DNA of 64,000 nt, from NCBI RefSeq assembly GCF_009914755.1, contig NC_060932.1, one strand, 5' to 3'. The translations under genes and the position numbers were made by a program. Below are positions 14,718-27,390 of the stretch, in pieces (the first letter of the stretch is position 1; the number at the start of each line of letters is the position of its first letter). The stretch is from the human T2T-CHM13v2.0 reference genome, Homo sapiens. The notes beneath the pieces are model-generated. The model had not been told where the DNA came from and ran no database searches. It saw nothing but the letters and a program-made list of their open reading frames with translations.

Positions 14718-16949
14718 TAAAGTTCAAATGGACAAATAACTACAAAAGCCATAAAGAAATGTGAGAAAGAACTTGCTTTATCGGGTATTAAAACATATCT
14801 TAAAGCCATTACGACAAAAGGGCATGGCATTAGCACAGCAGTCTTTACAGTAGAACAGATAATTCAGAAATAGATCCGCATTTACAAAAGAACTAAATAT
14901 ATTACAAAGGTGGCATGCTAATTCAAGGAAAAATTGATGGTTTTTAAAATCAACTGGTCCTGGCATAACAAAGTAAAACAAAACAAGGATCTATCTTATT
15001 GTATATGCACAAATGAATTCCAGATGTTTTAAATTTTAAAAATAATAAGAGAGTATGTGTGTATATATATGTTTTATATATATAGACATTCCTAAGAAGA
15101 TATACTGGATTGCAGAAAAATGAACAAATTTTATGTGGCAAAAGCCATGAAAACAAAGTCAAAAGAAATATAACAGACCAGGAAATGTATCTGCAGCACC
15201 AGGAAATGTATCTGCAGTAGGCAGTCTTTTCCTACTCCAGGTCACAATCTCCTACAAATGGATAAGAAAAAGCCACACAATTCTATAGAAGAGGCAGAGA
15301 ACGTGAACAGGGCATCTAAGGAGAGAAATCCACATGATCAAAGAAACACATGAGCAAAGCCCAGCCTCTGGAGCAGCCAGCGAAAAGCAAGTGAAAGCAG
15401 CAACAATGTGTTTCATTCGGTGGATGGCAAATGGCAAAATATGAAGTCCCTGAATGTGCACAGTGCTGAGAAGGGCGAGGCCCAGGGGCTGCTCTCCCAG
15501 GCTGGGGCCACGTGGATGCTGCAGCCTGGTACTTGGAGAGTATGCTGTGGCACAGGTCAAAATGTCAGCATGCGGGTCTCAGAGGAATCTAAGAATAGCA
15601 GGACCCCGCTTCTGTAAAACAAACCCATTTCCTGTATGTTAATACATCTCCATATGCATCAATGTGAGCCTGGAGAAATGTGGAAAAGGTCCTACCCCAG
15701 GGTCCAGACCGGGCTTCTCCGAAGGATGGGAATGGAGGTGGCAGAGAAGATTAACACTTTCTATACTGCTTTGCATTATTTCAATAGTTAAAATAAGCAG
15801 AGATTACTCTTACAGCTTAAAAAATGTAATCAATGTTTTTAAAGTGCTTTCTCGACTACAAACCAGCACCCATGGTGAGGCTCCATGACGGTCCAGCCAC
15901 CACTGCGCACGGGACCCGTGAGCTTGTTAAGGCTTCTGAGTAGAGACCAACAGATTCGTGTGCCATAATAGCCTGGTAAATAGGAATCAAAAAGGTAGCA
16001 GCTGGAGTTCTCCCCATGGAGCTCGACGGAGAGAAAATGAATCGTAGTGCCATGCTCGGCTATTGGCTGGGCCTAAATTGTTCCTTACTCTGAGAATTCG
16101 TTAAGTGGCTGAGCAATAAAGAAGAGAGATTTGAGAGTTCTTTCTCGGCACAATGGCTTTGACCCCTGCCCTTTCAGTCGTGATGGCTTTATTAGGGACC
16201 GTGGGGTGCTGCAAACAGCCTTGAGGCTCTGGGCAGACCAGTTCATCCAGCTCAATTAAAAACCCATTACCTGGCGCTGAGCTGGGCCAGCTGTGGGCCA
16301 GGCCGTGGGGGAGGAGAGGTGACTTCCTCAGTCCCTTCCTCAATCCTGTATTAGCATCTACTCCAGGCCAAACACCAGCACCCAGGAAGCAGACCTGGAA
16401 GACGGCATGACCCACTCCAAAGTGGCTCCCAGGTTACTGGGGTCAGTGACATATGAGGAGATGATCTCCACAGCCTTCTAAGGCATGGCCTCCCATTTGT
16501 AAAATGAAAGGGTTGCCCAGGTGCTCATGTGCTCCGAGAGAACAATGCCAGGTACCAGCTACATAGGGCAAGGAGACCCCGCCCCAGGCTCCTGGGGAGC
16601 TCAGGTGAGGACACCGACACTGGCAATCCGGGCCTGTGTATTGACACCCTATTGTGCGGTTGAAAAGAGCACACCCAGGGGCCAGACCTCAAGCAGGTGC
16701 TAGAGATGGCCTCCCTCAAGGAGAGGAGTCTGACCTGAGAGCCAAGAGCCGTAGGATGGCGGTGGGGGGCTGCCTTGCCTCCATGGGAAGGACAGCAGAG
16801 GGGCTGCCATCTGCCAGAGGCCTGCTGAGTGCATGCGTCCTCTCAGACACGCTGCCTGCCGCTGACACATGGAGTCTTCAGACACCAGGACCATGGCTGG
16901 GTAGGGTGGCAGTAGTGTAAACATGAGCAAAGCCTTGTTCCTGCCTGCC

Positions 16950-17315
16950 ACAGTCAGTTCAGGCAACTGTCACAATGTGTCACCACTGTGGCTTAAACAA
17001 CAGACATTGATTTCTCACAGTTCTGGAGGCTACAAGTCCAAGACCAAGGTGCCAGGAGGGTGGATGTCTGCTGAGGGCCCTCCCCTGGCTGGCAGTCCGC
17101 TAACCTGCTGCTGTGAGCTCAAGATGGCCTTTCCTCAGGTGTGTGCAGCTCTCTGGCGCCTCTTCCTACAGGGACAGTAATTTGATTGACTCAGGCCCCA
17201 TCCTCATCCCCCATTTAAGCTTAGTTGCCTTCTCAGAGGTCTCATTTCCACATACAACCACACTGGGGGTTACGGCTGCAACACATAATTTTGGGGGGAC
17301 ACATTCAGTTCGGAC
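16950..17315 (-). mobile_element. MLT1A-like MaLR solo LTR
   Basis: 'ggcttaaacaacagacattgatttctcacagttctggaggctacaagtccaagaccaaggtgcc' through 'ggggacacattcag'. Confidence 0.85.
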
Positions 17316-18671
17316 CAGTACCCTTCCCAGTGCCCAGTCACCCCAGAGGCGCGAGGTGGGAGGAGCTTTGATTGTCACAGGAAGGCAGTGCTTGAGCTGG
17401 ACCAGGTGCCCAGCGGTCTGATGTGGAGAAAGAGTGTGATTTTAAGTGGGGGAAGCAGGTGGGGACCGAGAGTTGACATCCAGGCTAAGGGGCTCAAGCA
17501 AGCAGAGGCTTGGTGCCCGAATGCAGAGTGGGTTCACAGGAAAGAGAAGAGACCAAGGTGCCCAGGGTGTGGGTGGTTGAGGAGCCTGAAAACATGCCAC
17601 AAAGAGCTTGAAATGCCACGCCAAGGACTTCAGATGTCTCCTGCAACCATCAGAGACTCTGGCAGGGTCACAGTGACCCACCCAGACCAGCAGATGCCCC
17701 TGTTTATCCCTGGACTTGGGCCTGTGCTCCAGGAGCTGCCATGCCCAGGAAGAGGGATGCACGGGGGTCTCTCCCAGGTGGAAACAGAGACCTATAAAAA
17801 GCCTTGTCTGCTGACGGACAGTGTTCCTGGGAAGCCCTGCAGCAGAGGTGCCAGTCTTTCCAGGTATGGGGCTGACGCTGAGCTCTGAACATCCCTGGGG
17901 CCTGCAGAGGCAACTGCGCTGCCACAAAGAGAGGCCTGATGGGCATCCTCAGGATAATAAAACGTGAACAGCTGGGGTCTCGCGGCCACATGATGGTGTT
18001 CAAGCCCACACCTGCTCCCTCCAGGCCCTCTCACCCACCCTTGGCACAGAAGGTCTTGGAGAGAGAGTTGAAAGGTGCTGGACTGACTGCTGAGAATTTG
18101 TTAGACATGCCCGTGAGGATCCGGATAAAAATACCCAGGTCTTCTATTACAGGAGCAGGCAGCAGTTTACATGGGGCTCTCACGTGTATCAGTTCACCCC
18201 ATTTTCACTCAGAGCCAAAAACTTATGGGAGGGAGGTGATGTCTTCCCCATTTTACAAGGGAGAAAGCAGACTCAAAGAATTTGACCATTAAAGAAAGTG
18301 GTCAGGTCTTGGCCACAAGGTTTTCTGGGTCTTGGAACTAGCCCTGAGCGGTGTGTGTACAGATCACGTAATTTCGGCAGCCCAGTTTCCTCATCTGCAA
18401 AACGGATGAGGTGAGGAAGTCGCCGGGTCACTGTGACGATGCCAAGCGTGCTTCCTGTGCAGAGCTTCGGGGGCCTGCAGGGACATCCAGCACCACAGCA
18501 CTGTCATTAACATCAGTCACCACGTGGCTAAGGCCTTGGAGCTGCCAGGGCCACAGGAGAGGCAGTGGAGCACGTCGGGCGGTGGAGGAAACCCACGTGT
18601 GAGCAGGGCGACTTTCCAAAGGATGCTCCATGGGAACACCCGTTTTAAGGGATTTAATGGACTTTACCTTT

Positions 18672-18998
18672 ATATTTATATTTATGTTATTTTATTATTT
18701 TATTTTATCTTTTGGCGACAGATTCTCGCTCTTTCACCCAGGCTGGAGTGCAGTGGTGTGATCTTGGCTCACTGCAACCTCCACCTCCCAGGTTCAAGCG
18801 ACTCTTGAGCATCGGCCTCTGGAGTAGCTGGGACTATAGGCAAGTACCACTACGCCCAGCTAATTTTTTGTATTTTTTAATAGAGATGTGGTTTTGCCAT
18901 GTTGGCAAGGCTGGTCTCAAACTCCTGAGCTCAGGCAATTCACCCACCTCGGCCTCCCAAAGTGCTAGGATTATAGGTGTGAGCCACTGTGCCTAGCT
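18672..18998 (-). mobile_element. Full-length Alu
   Basis: AT-rich tail and antisense Alu body. 12-bp TSD GACTTTACCTTT at 18660-18671 and 18999-19010. Confidence 0.97.
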
Positions 18999-21849
18999 GA
19001 CTTTACCTTTGTAAAAGGTTCCATGCTGTAAGGAGGCTGGGCCCGGTTGGGTGTGATGGGATTCACAGATTTCTTTACTCAAGGCCTCCAGGGTTTTCTG
19101 TGTGCTCTCGTGAGTCCCCTGCAGGGAGGTGGACGTGACCAGGGAAGCCCTTCTTCCCCCTCACAGAGCGCCAAAAGGACCTCTCATTCCACAGAGAACA
19201 CTCAGGGGTGGGGTTGCTGGAGTGGGGGTCACAGATGACCCGGGCCCTGGACGTGGGACGTGGGCTGCGGGACTACAGGATTACAGAGGGGTCTGAGAAG
19301 GTCTTACTGAGGCATGGGGTGGCCTCAAGGCAGAGCTAGAGCCCAACAGGGCAGCCCACGCAGGGTGGGCAGAGAAACGGCTCCTGTCTTTCAGGGAACT
19401 AGCCACTCCTCTGGGACCTGCAGCCACACTGGGTCCCACTCTTTCCCGCCGAATGGAGGAGAGGAGAAGCACAGGTCCTGGTGCAGGCGGCACTGGCATC
19501 CTGTGAGGATGAAGGCCTGTCCATCCCATGGCTGTGCAGGATAAGGAATGACGGGCTGTGGGCCCAGGAAGTGCTTCCCGGGCGCCGGATGGATGGGCAC
19601 CAGGGCCAGGTGGGGGCTGCATGGGTCCCATGCCCAACCTCAGACCTCAGGATCTGAATCTCCACTCAGAGAATCTCTGCCCTTAATCCCTTTGGGATCA
19701 ATTAATGTTCCCAAGAAAAATGGAAATTTAATTTCCATAGTAAGTTCTGAGAAAAAAGTCACTTCCACCCGGGGGAAATTTCATGGCTCTGGTTTGTTTG
19801 CTTTGGGCCAGGGCTTCTGCAGGACACAGCCAGTGATCAGACGCCCCGTGGAGGATACCGCCGAGCAGCCAGCTTGCCCGGAAGGAAAAAGGGAGGCAAT
19901 TCCGAAGAGCAGACGAGCCTCCGAGACAACAGCCGTGAGACGATGGCCGGAGCTGAGTGTCAACGCCCAAGGATTTCCAGGGCTTCCTCACCCATGGGTT
20001 CCTGAATCAGAATATTTCCTGTGCAAAGCGCCATGCCAGGCTCTGGTGGGGAGAGGTGAGCATCGGATATAACCCGCCCGTGGACCAGGCCATGATGAGG
20101 ATGTGCAACAGCAGGGGAGCTCCAGGGCCCCTGTCCTCTCCCAGGTGGGGGTGAGAGCCCATTCTGCCTGGTGGGCAAGGAAGAGGAGCGTGGAGAGGTC
20201 TTCCTGGCCAGGTCTGAAGTAGGGGAGGGCACAGAGAGCCCAGGGTGACCCAACCTGGAGCCTCGTTGGTTCTCCCAGTCTTTCTAGGCCCAGAGGGGCA
20301 GGCTGTGAGAGGGGAGTGGAGGGAGAGGCTAAAAGCCAGACTCTGGGGGCCTGGAATCAATAAACAGGGAGTCCACTGGGCTGTGGTCCTTGGAGAGGTG
20401 TGACTGATCGGAGGGGCGCTTCCAGAGGACTACACTGCAGGTGAAAAGAGGAGGGACGGAACAGGAGAGTGAGAGACAGTGTGGGCCAGACAAGACAAGG
20501 CAGGGCTTCTCAGCAGATGGGGGCTGCAGGAGCCGGCCGGGTGAGCCTGGGCAAGCCATGCTCAGCCCTGGCCAGCTGGGGCTGTGGCCTCCTTCCCCCG
20601 CAGGGTCGGTGCCTGGGGGGAACACAGACCCCTGTGAGTGGCACCAAATAAACGCACAACTGAATGAAGAGGGTGGGAACCACGGCAGAGGCGGTGGAGT
20701 GGGGCAGCAGGAGGGGATAGCGGAGACCTTGCCAGGCCACATGGGCAGGGCTCGGCGATGGACAGGAAAGGGCAGAGGAGTGTGAGGCTGTCAGCCTGGC
20801 CCGGGGCTCTGGCTCGTGTGAAAGGCTGGAGTTGACGCCGTTCCTGTGGACTGGGGACGCCGGGGGAAAAGCAAGGTTGGAAGGGAAGGAAAATAACTCC
20901 ATTCTGGAGATACACTGAACTGTGAACAGAAAGGTACAGCAGGAGAGCCTGGGTTTCTGCAGAGAGGTTGGTACAGGTCCCTGTGGGAGCCATCAGTACA
21001 GAGAGCAAGGCACAGAAGCCGGAGACACACCATGGGGAGGGAGAACCAGTTAGAAGCCCGGAGAGAATGGAACATACATGTCTTTAGGGAATATACGTGT
21101 GATCAAAGAAGGGACAGACTGCTTGCCGGTCCATCTTCCGGAACCTGGAGTCACTCTGCAGTAGCTCCCAATGCAGGAGCTAACACAGAACATAGCCATC
21201 AGGTGGAAACCCTTGCAGGACACCTCTCACACCTGTTTGCCCATTTCTAAAATGGGGAAGGGACGGCACTTGCCCCACAGCTGTTGCAGAATGGTGAGCT
21301 AGAGCCCGGGAAGCGCCTACAGCAGGTCTCGGCCTGGAGCAGGGCCTCGCGGCTCAGGGTAGTGGCTCCCTGTGCCTGAGGAGGACAGGCACCTTGGTTT
21401 CTTCACCATCTCAGTATCCGCAGGGCCGAGGCATGTGTCTGGCACATGCTAGACGTCATTGCTAGTGGCCCTGCATGCAGGACAGAGGAAGGCTGAGCCA
21501 TGGCTGATCCCCGTAATCCCTTTGGAAGGGATTCTGAAGCTTCTTGCAGCTTCTGAAGACACCACGGCAAGCTGGGAACCCCCTGATGGGGACTCCGGGA
21601 GCAGGGTAGCAGCATTTAGACGGGGCTAAGGGAGATGGCCACAGAGACCGCGTTGGCTTCCCCGGGAGCTGGGATGCAAGCACAAAGAGGAGGTCAGGCA
21701 GTCTCACCTTTCAACCCAGGCCTGCCATGTGCTGGGGTGGTGCCAATAAGGACTGCGTGCCCGCACGTGACTGATAAGTGAATGGAGGCTCTGAGAAGCC
21801 AGGTGTCCTGGCAAAGCCAGCCAGGACAGCAGCAAGAGGGAGGAGCTCG

Positions 21850-22270
21850 GTGCCAGGCTGTTCTTGCATTGCTATCAAGGAACACCTAGGGCAGGGTGGT
21901 TTACAAAGGAAAGAGGCTTCATCGGCTCACAGTGCTGCAGGCTGTACAGGGAGCATGGTACTGGCATCTGCTCAGCTTCTGGGGAGACGTCAAGGAGCTT
22001 TTACTCATGGCAGAAGGCAAAGTGGGAGCAGGCGTGTCACACAGTGAGAGCAAAAGTGGGAACAAGGCAGGGAGAGGTGCCACGCTCTTTCCAACAACCA
22101 AATCTTACGTGAACTCACTCATCACTGAGGGAAAGGTGCTAAGCCACACGTGAGGAATCCACCCCCACGATCCAAACACCTCCCACCAGGCCCCACCACC
22201 AACAGTGGGAATTCCATTTTAGCATGAGACTTGGAGGGGACACACACACACACACATCCCAACTACAGCA
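21850..22270 (-). mobile_element. MST (MSTA/MSTB-like) MaLR solo LTR
   Basis: 'ggctcacagtgctgcaggctgtacagggagcatgg...catggcagaaggcaaag' and 'atccaaacacctcccaccaggcccca'. Confidence 0.88.
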
Positions 22271-23939
22271 AGCTTCCCCGATGGGTCTGGCTGCAGGGCT
22301 GTGTTCCCCTCACTCCACACCTCTCCCCAGCATGTTGCCCAGTGTGCCCACATGACGCCTGTCTGCTGAGGGTCACACTGTACCTGGTACACAGAGGTCC
22401 TCAGTTTGTATTGGCTTGTCCTGAACTGGCGTGAGGACAGAATATCCTCTACTCTGCAAGGGTGGCTGCTTTCCTCCTAGCATTCTCTTTTATGATCTAT
22501 TTGGCATCTCTGGTCCCCAGGAGCTAATCTAGGAAACCACACTACATGTTTCCTCAAAATAAGCCAGACAATGCGGCCAAAGGCACACCAAAGGTTGTCA
22601 ATTGAAGATAACCGCTCACATTTTCTACCAAGTGGTTCAAAGACCAAGCTCCATTGAGAAAAGTCATTACCAAATCGGGAAATGCTCCTTTGAAGGAACA
22701 TCCTGAGATTTCCCGGCATGGGGCTGGGCGATGCAATTAATATTTGTTGCTTGAGTTCCCCAGGGTGTCTGACACTGGGCTGTAACATTCATTAAGGGCC
22801 AGGCCTACAAGGTCATCGACACATCATTTTGTTTCCCTGAAGCTGATCACCAGCGAGCAACTTGAAGGAACGCTGCCCAGGTCTGTCTGGCTCCAGAGAC
22901 GGCACCCTAGGACTATGCCAGCAGGCCCTCTGTCCCCCAGAGCCCAACGTCTGAATCTCAGCATGAAACCAATGAATAAGAGATGAGCAATATTTATACA
23001 AATACATGCAATCCGAGGGAGGGCTCACCCAATGAAATGACAGATTCATTTGAATAAAATCAGCTAAAGATACCCAACTATTCTATATTTGTAAGATCAA
23101 AACTTAGAAAAGAAATTCTTCTTTCCTTCCATATATGTTCTCTGCTTAAAAATTCCTACATTTGGAGACGCAGAATGGAGGAAGAAAAAAAATGCCCGCA
23201 GATCAACATGGCAAGCTTCTCTTTCCTTGTTCCTGTACAAATCTTCGTCTATATTTAGAGAGTTTCTTTTCTGACTGTAACATACATATGTGTACTAGAC
23301 TAATGTGTGAGAATGTGTAAATGTACAGAGACGCCCTTCCGGAGGGTATAAAGTCTTTGCTCTCTCTTCGCTCTACGAACCAATCCCATCACTGCTTTGG
23401 TGCGTGCACCACTTTTTAAAGCCATCGTCTCCTTTACTTCTCACAATCACTGTGCAGACAAACAGGAGGAAGCAGACGATAGGGATGTCAAATATTCGCC
23501 CAAGCTCACAGCCTCCAAAGCAGTAGTCTCTGTCTTAGCTGCAGCCTTGTGACCCGTTCCCGTTCCACCACCTGACGTGGGTCTCCCACACGTGCTATAA
23601 TGGGAGAGCTCTGCCTCAATGCTCATCTGCACGCAAACACACGAGTGCAATCTACTAACACACAGTCCCAGGAGGAGCAACGTCTGGATACCCCCATCTG
23701 GAGATGCTCACAACCCTGGTTCTCACCAAGAGCCTTGGGATGGGCGCTGTGGGAGAGAATCAACACGAACTCCTGCACTCTGGGAGGGAGGGCCCTTCCA
23801 GCTCACACAGTTTGCGGGGCTATGATCCCAAATATTGTAACACAAGAGCGAAAAGAATGGATCCTGAGAGACAGGTAAGGGACGAAAAATGCAGAAAGAA
23901 TGGACATCTGCTCCTTACTGTCTCTAGCGATGCTACACA

Positions 23940-24055
23940 CATGAGCTAGGCTTTCCCACTTTCTAAACCAGGAGACTGTGGCTCACAGAGGTCAATGGCT
24001 GGCCAAGGTCACACGCCTAGTGAGTGACAGCGCTGGGGCTGGAATCCAGCCACAT
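23940..24055 (-). mobile_element. MIR relic
   Basis: 'gagactgtggctcacagaggtcaatggctggccaaggtcacacgcctagtgagtgacag'. Confidence 0.7.
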
Positions 24056-24304
24056 GTGTGTCCACAGACCACGCACTTCCCAGGTCCTGGTACCATAGAA
24101 CTCTCCTCTCTACATGCATGGGTAGGGGTGGCAAGGAGAAGAGTGACATGGAAGGAGAGAGAGAAGATGAATGACTGTGAACACAAATACTCCATTAGCA
24201 TAAGCTGAAGTTAGCTGGAAACAGAAATGCACCTACAGAGCTATCTAGAAACAGGACGATGGTCTGTGGCCTGCTAGCACGCAAGCAAGGGAAGGAGCCT
24301 GACG

Positions 24305-24872
24305 TGCACGTGCACACACATGTATACAAACACATACACACACATGCATACACACACAAATGAGCATACACATGCACACACACACTACACATGCACACAC
24401 ATGCATACACACACAAATGAGCATACACATGCACACACACTACACATGCACACACATGCATACACACAAGTGAATATACACACGCAATTACACATGCATA
24501 CACGCTACACATACACACACATGCATACACATGCAAATGAGCATACACCTGCAAATGAGCATATGCACGCAAATACACATGCACACAAACGCTACACACA
24601 TACACATAAACACATGCGTACACAGATACAAATAAGGATGCACACATACACACATGAATACATATACACACATGCACACACAAACGAGCAAGCACATGCA
24701 AATACACATGCACACACATACACATGCACACACCACACGCATACACCACACGCATACACACACATGCATACACAGATACAATACAGACATACACATACGA
24801 ATACACATGCACACACATACACATGCATATACACATGCACACATGCAAATACACACACACACAGACACACAC
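24305..24872. repeat. Degenerate (CA/CATG)n low-complexity tract with ~55-57 bp higher-order repeat
   Basis: About 570 bp of mostly alternating purine-pyrimidine. The block 'cacacatgcatacacacacaaatgagcatacacatgcacacacac' recurs near 24339 and 24396. Confidence 0.95.
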
Positions 24873-25549
24873 CTCTAGAAGGGGCTGTGTTAGCCAATGC
24901 CAAACACCAGCCTCGGCTGCTGCACCAGGGAGCCCGGAAGCCTCTCTGGATCCCAGGCCCACACTGTGAAGAGCAAGGCTGCTGGTGACCACGAACAGAG
25001 GGTCCCGCCCAGGACACCTGCTCTCCAGGGAGGCTGAACTGTCAGGGTTATTGAACAGTGACGAAGTGCACGGCAGCAAGCTCCATCGCTGGCCGCGCTG
25101 ACTGACATTTACCCTGCACACAGCCTGTGCCGAATGCTCACGTGCACTTGGCAATCACAGCGACCTTGGGAAGCGGGAGCACTTGCCCCATTTCAGAAAT
25201 GAGCCATCTGCTAAGAGACAGGAAGGAGCTCCCTGTGGGCACTCAGTGGGCAAACAGGAGAGAGGGCTGGGAATTGAACCCAGGGCACGCAGGCTCCACA
25301 AGTTCACACTCTAAGCTTCTTGTTGTAGGTTCCAAGGACACATCTGGGGCAGAAGACAGCCGCCCACACATTAGTTGGACTTGTGTGGTCTGCTGTGTCG
25401 TGTGTGTCTGACAGACTCTGAGGAGGATCTGCTTGTGCCGAGACCTGGGTTTCCGGGGTGGAGAAGGTGGGCAAGAGACTCTCCCAGCCATCAGTGAGGT
25501 TTCTTGATATTTGATCCTAACAGGGGCTACAGGAAGAGACCCACAATTT

Positions 25550-25645
25550 ATACACACACTCTTCCCACGCACTCACATGCATGCAAGCACGCACACTAAC
25601 ACACACACGCTCAGTCACACACAGGCATGCATAAACACACACAAA
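25550..25645. repeat. CA-rich low-complexity tract
   Basis: Direct reading of the sequence. Confidence 0.75.
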
Positions 25646-26914
25646 TCACCTCAATTTAACTGAGAAATTAATTACATTTGCTCCCTATAAGGAACTGGCA
25701 TAGACCTGGACTCCTACCCAAGCTCCCCACCCCGCTGGGTGCCCCACAGCCTGTGGGAACACCCCCACCGCCGCAGCCTGTGCCAGCCTCTCCATCCAGT
25801 CATCCACCCCACCCCTCACTGAGCCCCACTGGATGGGGGGTCAGGTATCATGTGAGAGGAGGCTCCTTTGCTTTGCAAAGCAACTTGCCGCAGTGAAAGT
25901 GTTACTCTCCTCAATTTAGAGAGGGGAATGGAGGCCCAGGGGGATGGACGTGCTCGGAGTGTCTCGGCCTGCAGTAGGGAGAGCGGAAGGCTGCCCAGGC
26001 CTCTGCCTCCGTGCTCTTTCCACAGTGCTTCCGCCCACTCCGTCACGTTGCCTTGAGTAGCCCCATTGTCCTGGCTACGTTTCAGAGTGCCTATTACTCA
26101 ATTATCCCTTCTCCTCTCCGTGAAGTGTCCATTAACCTTGTGTCTCCAGGTTCCTGCTTCCCCTCCCAAGGTGCTCATAGCGAGCACCTACCTTTCATGT
26201 TGTCACAGGCGTCCCCTGCCAGTAACCAGCTCTGAGAGGGTGAGGGCAGGGGCCACCTCTGAGGGCCTCGTTCGAGCTCACAAGCTTCCCTTGGGAAGGC
26301 TCTCCCGGCCCTGCCAGACTCATCAGATCAAGTCTGATACCCTGTGAGTGCACTTTCTAATCAATGAGCAAAACGGCCTCTTTCTTCCTTGGCCTTCCAG
26401 TAAAAATAGCTACATTTGCATGATAACATCTGAGGACCACCCAGCTCAGAGACTGCTTTTAATACTCGAAATCTGACAAGGCACGTACACCATGCAGACA
26501 GAATGCGCGGGGTGTTCGCGTGGAGCAGCTAGTGAGACCTGCCGCTCCTGCCAGAAGCCCAGCCGCTGGTTGGTCTGGGACGAGCAGGTATGGCCCGAAG
26601 CAGGGGAGGCTGGTGGGGGTGGGAGACCAGTGGGCACGGAGTTGGGAGAGGGCCCAGCAGGAGGACCATGCCATTTCCCCAGCCTCCCCAGGACTCAGCT
26701 TTGCCACCTTGAACTCAGCGAGCTCTTTGCCAAGGGCAGGTGTCATATTCTGGGGAAAGGTAAATAAAGGTCCGCCAGAGTGAGCACAGAGGCCTTCCCT
26801 CTGCTTGTGGGGCTCTAAGCCTGGCTGACTTCTCTTCCGCCTCATGAGCCTGCCCAGAAGAGCCTCCTGCAGGAAGCAGCCTTGACCTCCAAGGTGGATG
26901 ACGTGTCCCTTCCT

Positions 26915-27390
26915 GTGGGGAGCTCCAAGATGACCCCCGGAGACCCTCGCCCTTGGATAGCGTCCTCCCCATGAGGGTGTGGGAACTTGGGAATGTTATG
27001 GCTTCCATGATTACGGCATTCTCTGCTAAAAGGGAGATTCCTTGAGTGGGCCTAATCTAACAGGCTGAGCTCTTTAAAGGCAGAGAAATTTTTCCAGCTG
27101 ATCTCAGAAGGGGAAGTCAGAGATGAGAAGCATGAGAAGGGTTCAACACCCCACTGCAGGTTTGAGATGGAGGGGCCACGTGTCCAGGAATGGGGGTGGC
27201 CTCTGGGAGCTGACAGCAGTCTCCAGCGGACATCAGCAGGAAGCTGGGGCCTCGGTCCTACAGCCACAAGGACCTGAATTCTGCCAACAATAAGAACAAG
27301 CTTAGAAGTAGATTTTTCTCCATTCCCTGATGAGAACCCAGTCTGACAAAACACCCTGATTTTAGCCTTGTGATCCTGGAGCAGAGAACC
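26915..27390 (+). mobile_element. MLT1E-like MaLR LTR
   Basis: 'gggagattccttgagtgggcctaatctaa' and 'cctcggtcctacagccacaaggacctgaattctgccaacaa'. Confidence 0.82.

Noticed and set aside
24195-25154. 319-aa Cys/Val-rich and 222-aa His/Thr-rich ORFs
   Set aside because: These are translations of the TG/CA low-complexity tract.
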